Below, one piece after another: positions 21,680 through 34,386 of a stretch of DNA of 64,000 bases. A model generated the notes under the pieces. The model did no database searches. It was not told the origin of the DNA and was given only the letters and a program-made list of their open reading frames with translations. The first letter of the stretch is position 1. The number at the start of each line of letters is the position of its first letter. Source of the DNA: Balanoglossus misakiensis (taxonomy: Eukaryota; Animalia; Hemichordata); NCBI GenBank assembly GCA_040954595.2, contig CM082585.2, positions 3,316,902 to 3,380,901 on the forward strand. Reading direction: 5' to 3'. The translations under genes were made by a program, and so were the position numbers.

Positions 21680-24600
21680 ACAGCCACTGTAAAATTTGAG
21701 CAGCTGTTACTTTATGAGAAATGCGCAAATGAATGGTATAATTAACTCGAACTTTCAGACAAAAAGTGAGTTCAAGATTGCATTTGCGATAAAGCTATAC
21801 CCTATGTTGAACGAAAATAGACTCTCAGTCAACTAACACTGATTTCATCGTTTTGTTAGTATCCTTCCTAAAGTAAACAACTTTACCAGTACATATTACT
21901 TTTGACATTGTGTATTCCATATACTATGTATACTATGTATGGTCATTTCTTTGCAGTCAATAATGTCAGTTCCTCACTAAGGGTTGTGAGTCAGTCCTTG
22001 ACATCATACATTGGAAATATGTACAAAAGTTATGTTTTTATGCCATAGAAAACAGGGTATCTGAATAGAGATTGAATTGTATCTTTTGTAACATTATACT
22101 GTAAATATTTACCTTAAGTGAAATAGGAACGTTTACTTGTAAATAAAGTACATGTATATACTTTCTGGCAATGACTTCTCAGTAATGCCAATATGTAGAT
22201 CGCATTCGAAAAGTCATATCTTACAGAATTTGTCGTGGATTAAACACTTGATTAGTTTAGTCATTCCAAGATTCTATGCAATGGATCTGTTAGTATATAC
22301 TGTGTTCTTTTTTCTAATCCACATTTCTGTTTTGTAATGTTTATTCTCCGAGACGTCTTTTTGTCAGCTGTTTAACTCAAGACATATACCAGTTTGTTTT
22401 TATTGATGACACCACAATTCTTGGACACTTTTCCAGTGACTATTGTGACAGAGAATGTTCCATAAAAATCCAATTACATAAATGATATTTAATTGCATGT
22501 CATCCCCATTCTTTATACAGATCACATGATTGGCTTTTTTTTAAATTCGTGAATATGTTTATGTACACTATACTCAGGATGAACTTTTACTTTAAGTGGA
22601 ATGCCTATATTAATGACGTCACTCGTATCTTGAATTGACGCACTGTTGTCATGGACTATTTGAATTGATTGACTGACACTGTATTGGTTTAGTATAGCCT
22701 TTGTCATGTTTTCTATTTAACTGAAGTCATCTGTCAAGTTTGTTTATTCACGATATACATCTCCGATGTATTACATTTAAAAATGACTTAGGTTTAAAAA
22801 ATTGTCACACTAGTGTACTTTAGACAAGATTTGTTTATTGTATGTAGATGTTATCATTCTATGTGCTGTGTCACATGATGATAATTTCCAATCAAGAACT
22901 GTCTTGTTTCATTTGTATTATTTGCAGATTACATGTAAACAGGCAGAACGTACTCAAATACTTGTTATAGACAAGTTTTAAAAGTGTAATTTTGCAATTT
23001 TGGTCATGGTGTATATAAACTAGCATTTACCTTGCCATGTGTTTTGAAATGCTGCTGCAGTTGTAATAAATATTTAACGTTTTAGGAAAGAGTAAGTGCT
23101 TATTTGATTTATTTGAATAGTTTTACTGTTCATACTACCAGACATTTTTTAATCGGGGGGGGGGGGGGGGGGGCTTTCATCTTATATAAAGTGTTTAGTG
23201 AATCAATGGTAATAGTATACAAATGTAATTGTTTCATGGCAATAGAGCGCCATCAACGACTGGCTTAAAAGTTTATACTAAGAAAACGTGACTAGGATTT
23301 TTAATCAAAATTGTTAAAAATTAGCGATGGTGTTCTTTTCCTTCCTCATATGAATAAACTTTAAAGAGAAGAAAGGGCAAATAATGAGAATTTTTCAGTG
23401 GCCGTTGTGATGTGTATCAACAACCAGTATCTATTTCTACTTCCTACAGAATGCAAAAACATGAATTTGCAAAATTAGCTGTAAATAATAATAATTAATA
23501 AGACGTCAAAATAACGTTATTAAAGGGTAATGCATGTTATATTTCCCTAGGCGATATTTCTCATCCAAGCCAACGTAGAAACAGTAAAAAATAAAAAATC
23601 GGCAAAAATTGCCATTTTAGATGTATTGCCCTTAATCCTGTTTTATGAAGTAATTTATCACTGTTTTATATTTTAGTGTCACTTTTAGTTTGTTTCGGCC
23701 GTCTTGTCATGTGCTCGATGGGGGCTCTTTATCCCGTAACGCTCGTGACGTGTACATCCCCGTCGTTACAGTAAAAAGGTGTTACACAGCATTGCAGAAA
23801 ACACAGTGATGTTTGATGATTATGTCTTTTTCATATTTGTGACCAGATTTTACGTACATTTTAGGCGCCAACTGTTAGTTTATCAGATGTTACCCGGATG
23901 GCGCACGAATTATTGGCACATAAAATTGTTGCTGTTCTCTAAGCCTGGACTCGTACAGTTACACAAATATTTAAATGTCATAGAAAAAGAGTTCCAAATC
24001 CAACCTTGCTCTAGAAATTCCAAACAGTTAAATACATACCCTGGTGACGGATAAATTTGTAGGTTTACGTTTGTTGGTAATAGAAAGAGCTACCAGATAT
24101 GTACACACAGAGTCGGTTGCTTTTGTGAAACGTGCCGCTATAATGGTTTGTTTGCCGGCCTTGGTAACACCCATTTTATCGAAAGATGACGTAGCTATAA
24201 GTAAAAATAGGAATTCGTGAAGTATTTCTCTGGATAAAGTCTACCAATACCGTTTGTTTACAATAATATACAGTGTAATACAATTTAACAACCACATTGT
24301 TTGCAATAATGTACAGTGTACTACAAATTATACAACAATACTGTTTTCGGTGATGTACATTGTAGCAGTTTGCATCTACTTTTACTTCATGGCAACTTTG
24401 TTGTATGGGACCTATACCCACAGCCGCAGACGGGACGAAACTCACCCTTTAATTTAAGTCTCAGAGTCAATTAGTCACACTATGTTAAATTTTGCACCCG
24501 CCTTGCACAGGCGACAGCGCAGCTGGCATTTTGGCATTTGACTATTTTATTAAAAACTTTTTATATGCCCTAGTTCCCTGTAGAACGGTCCAGCTTTTTT

Positions 24601-24839
24601 AGGAAAACGATGGATTTTGACCGAACTGTAGTGGTCAAATAGGTTAAACAGGTTGCTGTACCCTCACTACTTCACACATAAACTCGTTCTGTCAGTTAAT
24701 ATAAATCGACTGTTGACTCTATCGCCTCTCCTTAATTGTTAATACACACGGGTAAGAAGAGAATGGTTGTTATACGTCCCCAACTCCCCCTCTCTGTTTT
24801 GTCAGTAGGCAAAACAAAGCCAGTAAGCCACATCATCAG

Positions 24840-26862
24840 TTGCACGAAGTTATTACTAAAAAGAAAACTTCTTTAACATGTATCTGCACAAATGCCCAAA
24901 GCATAATGAACAAACGGGATGAACTCGCTTCGTTAATCACGGTTGGGTACTATGATGTTATTGCCATCACAGAAGCATGGACATATGCTGATATCGGATC
25001 TGCTGAACTATGTTTTAACGGTTACCATGCTCCATTTAGGCAAGATAGAACTGGCACACGTAACGGCCGAGGGGGTGGAGTACTCTTGTATGTGAAGGAA
25101 GATTACACAGCAGTGGAAGTAACAAAGTTTCAAGCCCACAACTTCACAATCTCCGTCTGGTGCGAGATTTCCTTGGATGGAACTCCTCCTGTTTTATTTG
25201 GTGTTGTGTACCGTTCGCCAAATAGCTCTGGGGAAAGCAACACAAATCTGTATAAAGTACTTTCCCATGCAGCAGCTAACCATACTGTAATATGTGGGGA
25301 TTTCATTTTCCCTAGTATCAGTTGGTCATCACTCGTCTCTGACAATCAAAATGAAGAGTTCCTGTGTTGCATTCAAGATAATTTTTAACTCAACATGTTG
25401 ACTTTCCCGGGAGATGTAGAAATTGCCTGGACCTTGTCCTATCCAGCGAACCGGGAATGATAAAGTGAGACTACTGCAGTCGGCCATCTGGGAAATAGTG
25501 ACCATGTGTTAATTGAATTTGAGGTGCAAGTTTTGACAGTGACTTCGTCACCAACTGGATATGTTCCTGATCTACGTAAGGCAGATTTCACCAAATTGTC
25601 CTTAGCACTGGCTGAAATTGACTGGAAAAAGAATTTGGCCGGGAAATCAGCACACAATATGCAACTCATCAAGGACACTGTAAATGAAATCTCTTCCCAA
25701 TGTATACCCCTGAAGCCACGAAAAAAGAGATCCAGGGCCCAGTGGATGAGGTTCTAAGTTCAGTGAGGAAGAAAAGGAAACTGTGGCGTATTTACACTCA
25801 AAGCAGAAGCTCACACGATTATCAATTTTACGGACAGCAGCAGAGTTATGTTATAGAAGAAGTCAGACGGGCAAAAAGACTTTATGAAAATAACCTGGCT
25901 GACCACATCAAGGACAATCCTAAAGCGTTTTTTGCCTACGCCCGCTCCAAACAAAAAACAAAGGACACAATAGGTCCCTTAATTGGTAGCAATGGATTGC
26001 TTTGCGGCAACGACAGTGATATGGCAGACATTCTCAACCACTTCTTTGTCTCCGTGTTCACGAAGGAGGACATGCTGAGCATACCTAGACTAGACAAAAG
26101 AGGCAATCTACCAAAGGAGGATGAGTTACACCATCTCCTGATAAATCAAGATATTGTTACAAAGAAACTGGGCAGTTTATGCTCCTTTAAAGCTCCGGGC
26201 CCGGACAGGATTCTAACATGTGTTTTGAAAAACTGTGCTGAGCAGCTTGCAATTCCCCTGACAATGCTTTTCAACCATTCCCTGGATACAGGAGCTGTCC
26301 CAGACGACTGGAAGAAAGCTAACGTTACTCCAATCTTTAAAAAGGGTGCAAAATCTGATCCGGGTAATTATCGTCCAGTCAGCTTAACCAGCGTTTGCGG
26401 CAAGATTTTGGAGTCCATCATCAGGGACCAGATTGTTAGCCATTTAAACAAGCACAACTTGATCACTAACTCACAACACGGTTTTTGCCATGGAAAGTCT
26501 TGTATGACTAATTTGTTGGAGTTCCTAGACGAGATAACTCAGTTCATGGACGAGGACGACCCAGTGGATGTAGTGTTTTTGGATTTTGCTAAAGCTTTAG
26601 ACAAAGTTCCTCACGGTAGACTCTGTACTAAATTAATCAGTCGTGGAATCAGAGGCCAAATTGCCAAGTGGATAGAGGCTTGGTTAACTGACAGAGAGCA
26701 GCGTGTGGTGCTAAATGGAGTTTCATCTATGTGGCAGTCCGTTTCTAGTGGTGTTCCACAGGGCTCAGTCCTCGGCCCAGTGCTATTTTTGATTTATATC
26801 AATGACATCGATGTGGGAATAAAATCAGCAATCAAGAAATTTGCGGACGATACCAAACTATA
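24840..26862 (+). pseudogene. CR1-clade LINE ORF2 relic (APE endonuclease + partial RT)
   Basis: EN motifs NAQSIMNK, IAITEAW, RGGGVLLYV, YRSP, GDF, LDL, SDH; RT motifs NYRPVSLTS, QHGF, DFAKA, GVPQGSVLGP, FADDTKL. In-frame stops (e.g. 25386) and frameshifts; cut right after FADD. Confidence 0.93.
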
Positions 26863-26976
26863 TAACCTAGTTGGCATGTTTTCGGAATTTCTCTTTAATT
26901 TTCACGCTTGCATTTGGCTTGTAAGAATTGTAAGTAGATAGAAGTATGTGAAAAATAAAATCAAAATCAAACCTAC

Positions 26977-27654
26977 CCATTTTTTGATATTATGTCATTA
27001 AATTTAAATTAGGTAAAAAAGTTGACCATGCATCATGCATCTTAATATGTCATTCGAAACTAGAGTACACGTGCAAAAAAACGGTAATTTTGTTTTGCGT
27101 TGCATGAAAATTTGTGATTTTTGACAAATTTTACTTTTTTACATACATCGGTAGGCATAATACTGGCCCACATCCTGACTAATACGTCTTGGCGGAAATA
27201 GTGCATAATCACCCCAAAATAGCACTTTTCTGAATGAGTTCACAGCTTAACAAATAGGTGTCAACAATGCAAATGGCCGTTTTTCTCAGTTTGCATTTTC
27301 GCTGCTCTTGACAACTTCAGACGAAAATAGCTTCGCTCTGCGTTGGCCGAATTTGCTCAAATTTTAACTGGGGATTGTGTATGACCCATCCAACTAAACG
27401 GTATTTTTGTTAGTCGATAAAGTGTCCCTGGCGGGAATAAACTCTGATTCAATACAACTCACCGTGAATTTGATCAAATTTTACTAAAAATCTAACTTTC
27501 AAACGCTGTTACTCCTCAATGGAAGCAGATAACGCAAAACAAAATTACCGTTTTTTTGCACGTGTACTCTAGTTTCGAATGACATATTAAGATACATGAT
27601 GCATGGTCAACTTTTTTACCTAATTTAAATTTAATGACATAATATCAAAAATGG
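26977..27654. repeat. ~125-bp near-perfect inverted repeat pair (26977-27101 / 27531-27654)
   Basis: tgatattatgtcattaaatttaaattagg...cggtaattttgttttgcgtt is mirrored by aacgcaaaacaaaattaccg...ttaatgacataatatca. Confidence 0.85.
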
Positions 27655-30025
27655 TTTTTTTCACCCAAAATCGCCACCATTTCCGGGGATCAATAATATT
27701 TGCAACTCAAACAAAAGTTCAAAAACTCAGCTTCCAGAATATATATGGTTTATGGGGGTTTTAACGTTGTCTTTGATGAGAAATAGGCCTCTGAAAAAGT
27801 CTCGACGGTTTCATGCAATGCCACCAGCTGCAAAATCACAGTGGAGATTTGATTCGTGGCCGATTCTGTGGAAAATGTACAATGCAATTTTTGGAGTATG
27901 ACCAATTGAGTTTGTTTCTCATTCTGGACACTAAATCAAAATTTCTTCCCTATATGCACGGGAAAGATGTAACAAAGTTTTCAATGACAACAAAGACCAA
28001 TGTTTGTGGAAACAGGCGACCTGGCGGTCGAAACTGCTCTGTTGTGATACTTTACATAATAAACAAGATAACTGCTTCAGAATTAAAGGGACAGTGCCTC
28101 TCTCGCAGCTCTTATTTCCATTATGTTTGATAAAAGACCACTGGGCAAAATGATTGATATACGACAATATACGTAAAACTACTAAGTTTGTACATTTGAC
28201 ATATACGTTTCATATACGTGCATTTACGTAACAAATGCAAGCTGTTAGATATGTGTACAAATACGTGAAGTATACATCACGTACACGTTCTCTTACATAT
28301 ACGTTCCGCAGATCTACGTATTTGTAGTTATTTTCTACCGAATAGTGTGCTTACAGTATACGTCCATGTATATGTACGTATATTCATGCTAATTATTAGG
28401 ATTATTTGGACCACCCGTTTTTAAAAGCAAACGCTTTCATAAGTGTGATGAAAGATCTGGGTCGCACTTCTGCGGCCACTTTATGTCGCAAAACGCTGGT
28501 TGTTTTACGACGTCCACCTCCGGTACATAGAAACACCAGCACCGCTGGCAGTCACAGAACGCCGTCAACCGTGTGCATAAGTTTGTTTCAACACCAGACA
28601 AAGCAAAAGAAGAGTTGTCACAGAAACTTGATAGTCTGGACAGAAGTCTTTGAGGGAAAATCGACATGCGGCGGTGATAATCTATGCACCAACAAAGGAA
28701 GAACGGATCGTATGATTTTTGTAAGTTTAAACATACATCGTGTTTTGGTCTTGTCCATATCCACCCCACCCATGTGCCTGCGTTTGACACTATTTCTACC
28801 CGTTGTTAGTCCGAGTCCTTTTTTATTTCTGCCGTTTGCATTAGTGCATCAAGCATGTCTATGTAGAACTAGAAACAGGTTTTGATTGACAATTTGACAT
28901 TTCCACCAAGCATTTGTATTGTTATCTCAAATGTCCCTTGTTTTACTTTGCAGCGGCAGGTAAAGCACTCAGCTTTATGTAACCATAGAAGATTCATCTG
29001 ATACAACCAACGAGTAAGTATATCTCTTTTATTCTTAGACTTTTCATTCAATTTGGTGTAGTATGATTTATAACATTGAGCCACAGACATTGACTGTGAT
29101 TGAGCATAACCCGTAGAGAAAAAAGACAAAAGACGCGGAACATCGGCCAAGATCAAAGGCCTTGAGGATTAGCTAGAACAAAAGGTAAACAAACTGGGTG
29201 GATTTCCACGGGTGTTTCATGGTGGACTACAAACAAAAGATGCATATATGCGCGGGATTGCTGGATTGCCAGAATAGCTGACGTTCAGATATTTTAGCAG
29301 CTACTGAGCTTGGATACTTGGTAGCTATAACCATGCTCTTACGCGTGATAGTGAGCAACTATTCAGCTATAACTATTTGACCTTGGTTGCGATAACAGCA
29401 CACTGAATCTGTATGCTTTATGCACCTTGTCAACATGGCAGATAACAAAGTATACATTTGGAAGGTGTGAAGACATTTCCAATGGCCCGATTTGTTGAAT
29501 GCAAATGAGACATTTTCACCCATAAACTAAAAACAATGGGGGACGTTTATTATAAACTTAAACAGTGCACTGTCATGTTGGCGACAAAGGTAAAAACCAT
29601 GGTAAAAACAGAACGGACTGACGTGTCACTGTGTTCCAGGTGAAGGTGTTTACAGCCCACTCTATATAAACTGCCAGTGGTTCAAACTTCCCAAAAGTTG
29701 CAGCTCATAGACACCGCAGTCAAAGATAAGTGCTTAAGATGACCAAACTAAATACTCTTTTTCTTTTTCTTTTACAGCTTCTACAGAGTCATGGCAAGAT
29801 GGTGGATTTTGAAGACAAATCTTAATAGGATAACATGGTGCAAGCAGGCGATCTGATGATGTCAGATGAAGCAAAGTTTTCATGGTGTTTTGGAGTTACT
29901 GAATGAAGCTAGACTTTGAGGATTATTTTTCAGACTTTAGGTTTGCATTTAAAAACAAAACACTTTGTTCTTTGTCCATGTAATGTCTTTAATCATTTTA
30001 TGTTTTAAATAAAATTACCTTTTAA

Positions 30026-31678
30026 GGTAGAGATGTAGGTTTTTTGCATTTTTTTTGATGATTTTTACTTTTTTCAATATTTCAAACCATTAGAATTTGC
30101 ATTATTTTTTAATTAAAACAGTTTTACCGGGTCACATTCGTAAACATGTGTAAATTTATCAAAAGTAATATATTTTAAGAATTGTGTGTACAGTTATAAA
30201 CATTCCGGATTAACTGTTACCAGATTAGTGTTGGAGTTTGCTAACCAATTCACAGGAGCCCAGATATGCAAATCCGACTTTTCGAAAGTTAGGCTAGTTA
30301 ACAGGAAGTTTGACAGGCGTGCTTCGTCTAGTGACTTCCAGCATGATGGTCAGCTATGGCTTCCATCATGCTCCATGGCACAGACTTATTGACCGGGCAA
30401 TGAAACACCCGCAAATGTACAATTACTAATTACATGTTTTTCTACGATTTTCCACTAATTTATGAACTTTCTGGAAATGCTCCATGACAGAACGTTTAGT
30501 TGTGACCAGTGTTGTTTGTCTCATCTTGTCAAGAAAGCTGTAGCTGGTGCAGCTTACAATGTCACAACCCTCGATAAACTGAACAACTAATCTATTGCAT
30601 GAAATAGGTGGATGTGTCAAGCGATGCCGATGCATAAATTTTCATTTTGAAACAGGAAGTTTGACAGGCGTGCTTTGTCTAGCGACTTCCAGAATGATGG
30701 TAAAGTATGGCTTCCATCAGGGCTCGATCGTCATGTTCCGTGGCATAGACTAAATTACCGGGCACAGAGCAATGAAACGCCCGCAAATGTACAATTACTA
30801 ATTACATGTTATGGTAGGAGTGAGAAAATAAGATTAAAATGGGTTTTCAGAAGTGTATACTTAACAGGCTGTAGTGTCGTTTGGAGAAGTTATCAGTGGC
30901 AGGGATTAACAGCCCCTTGTTTGCTGAATAAACAAACCAACCTCATTATTGTACTCTGTTCGTAATGGTGTCGTTTTTTCCACGATTTTCCACTAATTTA
31001 TGAACTTGCAAAAGGTTCTAGATGAAAATGACTTGGTCTAAAGTCTCTAGTATTATGCTACTTCATTAAAACATAACAAAGCAGTGAGTAAGTACTATAT
31101 ATGTTCGTTTTTTTTTCCAACTGAAAGTGCCGTTCACACAAATTGTCGTTTTTCTCTGTTCGGTTTTGGGCTCTGGAGTGCAACTTCAAAAGAGTGTAAC
31201 TTAGCAACGCGTGCACAGATTGTTCTATTTTTTGGCCTGAGGAAGGGAACAATACCTGTCTCCAAACTCGTGGAGCGGATTTCCAATAAAGTTGATAGAA
31301 CAAAAGAAATCACCACACAAGTGAACAAAAGTCGATAATTTATGCAAAAATCGACAGTCGACACTTTAAAGGCTCATTGTTCGAAAACAAAAGTGAATAT
31401 CAAAATTTACCACTATACCCAGCTGTCGATTGCCGGTAACAGATCACCTGGAGGCATTGTCTTTTTTTATTGTTACTCCAGCTTTGAGTAAAAAAACTTA
31501 AAATCGTGTATTTTTTAGCAAAACGAGAAAGAGAACAGAAATTTTGGAAAATAAACCAGATTTTCATAAACTACAAGTATAGAGCTAACAGAATATATAT
31601 AATGTGTTGGTGGGAAACATGAAAAATAAGGAGAAAAAATCGATTAAAAACAAGTGTCATAAAAGGTGCATCTCAACC
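30026..31678. mobile_element. Kolobok-like non-autonomous element nested in the CACTA-like element
   Basis: TTAA|GGTAGAGATG ... CATCTCAACC|TTAA termini; internal direct duplication about 350 bp apart (30300 and 30650). Confidence 0.65.
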
Positions 31679-32221
31679 TTAAGTGAATTTTATTATGTGA
31701 GCAGTTTTTTGTTGATGCATGTAAGTGCATCGGCTTGAAATATGCTTTTACCGATTTGTTGCTATTGATCTGCTTTGAAATGCAGTTGCATCTCAAAGCA
31801 GATAATTTAGTAACAAATTTACAGCAAAGGTGAATAAGAAGGAAAGGTCAAATCCTGATCATGAAGGATGACCCCAGAATTGTGACCTTTGGGGTAATTT
31901 AAATATCACCCCAAAATTATTTGCCAACAATGATGACATAATGTATGGTAATTTCTGGAAGGGTCTGTGTTAAATATACGTAAAAATACCAGAAACGTGA
32001 ACTCAACTATGCAAATGTAAATGTCTGTGATGATGATGTAACGTATGCTAATAACACAGTCATGCAAATAGCAAGGAAGATATGCACTGAGAATGTGTAC
32101 AAATACGTTGGAATGTTTATGGTTTACACTTGATCTGCATTGGTCTGCGTAGTGCACACCCGTGATCTTCATAGATATACGTGCACGTATACTAACACAT
32201 TGGTATGTTCCATATACGTGA

Positions 32222-32662
32222 TTATAATATACCTCATGCTAATACTGTGCCGTGATTCGCCAGAATCCGTCACGTGATAGGAAAATAGAATCGACTATGA
32301 ACCGCTAGGGAAATAGCAGAAAAAATATAAACCGGTCACGTGACCAAAGTGGTCACGTCAATCAGCGTCGCGTCGTCTGACACAATGGCCACCTCTGAAG
32401 ATGTCGTCTGGCAACCTCAAGAGAAAATTGCAAGATTTTCCCAGCTGTTAGCATGAGGTTTATTATAAAACACCTATAGCCTGGCCTATATTCAGGCCAT
32501 AGCAGCCGTTTTTACCCCCTCGTGACTGTGAGTTACCAGAATCATATGCTATTTCCCTCGGCCTGCGGCCTCGGGAAATAGCATATGATTTTGGTAACTC
32601 ACAGCCCCTCGGGTGTAATAAACGGCCGCTATGGCCCTCATGGCCAGGCAATAGGTGTTCAA
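32222..32662. repeat. Double-hairpin interspersed repeat family B (other copies 44945-45268 and 49075-49529, reverse)
   Basis: TATAATATACCTCATGCTAA / TTAGCATGAGGTTTATTATA pair, then a ~190-bp hairpin centred on CTCGGCCTGCGGCCTCGG; three copies in the window. Confidence 0.85.
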
Positions 32663-33327
32663 TATACGACACATATACGTGTTGCAAATTGTAGATGTAC
32701 AACTGTGCAGACTATTGTATACTTTAGTCTACTTGTGCATATTCCTGATCTACGTGTCCATATACGTAAAAATACTGAATGTATATCAATCTTTTTGCCC
32801 AGTGGACACCGTTTGTGTTATTTATATGTAGATTTATAGTGAATCAAAGTTCGACCACACACAACTTCCATCCCGTTTGTAAACACGAGGGCAACAAACT
32901 GAATAAATGAATAATCGTTCTTTACCGTTTATTCGAGCGTGAGCGTCAAATGTATGCATGCGCAAGTATGTGTTGCCGTCTGGTGCTGGTTAACGTGAAT
33001 GTGGTCACCCACAACCCAGGCCCACAACTCACCGAGCCTGGAAAACTGCAGGTCAGGTAAAACATTTTCTCGGAAATTCAACGTTGTTATGAAATCAAAC
33101 ACTCCTTGGCGTTGGAAACCCACGATCGGGTCGCGCGAAGAGGTCATGAAGCTCTGTCATATTGTCTATAGGCATTGTGAATTGTCAGTGAGTTTGGGGA
33201 GACGTGATACTTCGTGTGCTGGTGCCAACCCATTCACTTTTATATGCGTTCTGGCGACCAAATTCCGTGAACCTTTCCAACGCTGCTGGCGCTATACAGG
33301 TGAAAGGGATCGGCAACAGGATATTTA

Positions 33328-34386
33328 GGGAGCATTCGTTTTTTACAGGGAGGGGGGGCCGGTGGAATTTGAGTCGCCGACTAAATGTAAAAGGCAACCC
33401 CCCCTGGAAATTACTTTTCTAAAATGTGACCCCCCCCAAAAAAAAAAAAAAAAAAAAAAGTTTATCCACCGGATTAAACTTATCAAACTTTGTCAGATAT
33501 TGGTGTATGTTCGACATACCACATAATCAACCATGAAACCTAGTTCCTTGATTTCCAAGTAGTGCATTGTCTGCCTGATCTTGTTACGTGAAAGAGTTCA
33601 TTTTCAATGTCGCCGCTATCACTTTCTGAGTCACTTTCCGCTGAATCACCTAGTTCACCTATCACTACATGTTCATCTTCTGGTTCACTGTCCTCGTCCA
33701 AGTCATCCTCTTCATCCTCCTGCTCATCCTCCTCTTTGTCCCTCTCATGGTTTACTCTGAGAGTTGTTTGACACAGTTTCCGGCCAATGTGCGCTTCAAC
33801 TATTTTCAGTTTGTCTTTTTTCAGCATCTTTTTCTCTGTTGTCAATTTATGTCTGTCCATGTACATGTCTACTGAACATTGTTTTTATTTTTTAAGTATT
33901 TGTATTCTGAGTTGGGAGACATTGTAAACCGAGAATTGAAGGGGTGGGTTTGGGAGGGGGTGTCCCCCTCCCACGTAAGAAAATTTTATAAAATACAGAG
34001 CTCAAAGCTGCATTTTAATGAACCCAGCAAAAGCAAATTAACGTCGCCGCTCAAAGTTATCATGGGGTGGGGGCAAGTCCCCTGACCTGGGACACTAGAT
34101 AAACCAGTCAATGATTGAAAGGTGTTGATGAATGGAGGGGGTGGGTGTGGGAGGTGTCCCCCTCCCACATTAGAAAATTTTGTAAAATAAAGGACGCGAA
34201 ACTGCATTTTTGTGGACTCAAAATAAATATTTAGCCGTCAAAGTTTTCAAGTCCCCCCTTTCAGTCCCTATATAATAATCCCTTGATTATAAAATTTGTC
34301 CCCCCCTAAAAACTGCTTTGTAAAAGTAAACCCCCCCCTGATTTCCACCGGCCCCCCCCCCCTCCCTGTAAAAAACGAATGCTCCC
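33328..34386. mobile_element. Zator- or PIF/Harbinger-like non-autonomous DNA transposon
   Basis: ~40-bp TIR GGGAGCATTCGTTTTTTACAGGGAGGG..CCGGTGGAA with 3-bp TTA TSD. Carries an acidic ORF remnant ending TRSGR (33540..33866, minus). Confidence 0.75.

Larger units (their letters stand above)
28139..32804. mobile_element. CACTA/EnSpm (CMC)-like DNA transposon, decayed, with nested insertions
   Basis: 24-bp TIR CACTGGGCAAAA(T/A)GATTGATATAC, 3-bp TSD GAC, many subterminal TATACGT repeats at both ends. Interrupts a TTAA-MITE that starts at 28083 and resumes at 32808. Confidence 0.85.

Noticed and set aside
25700-26941. 413-aa RT ORF as an active or domesticated reverse transcriptase
   Set aside because: Upstream stops and frameshifts, and truncation immediately after FADD, mark it as a dead CR1 fragment.
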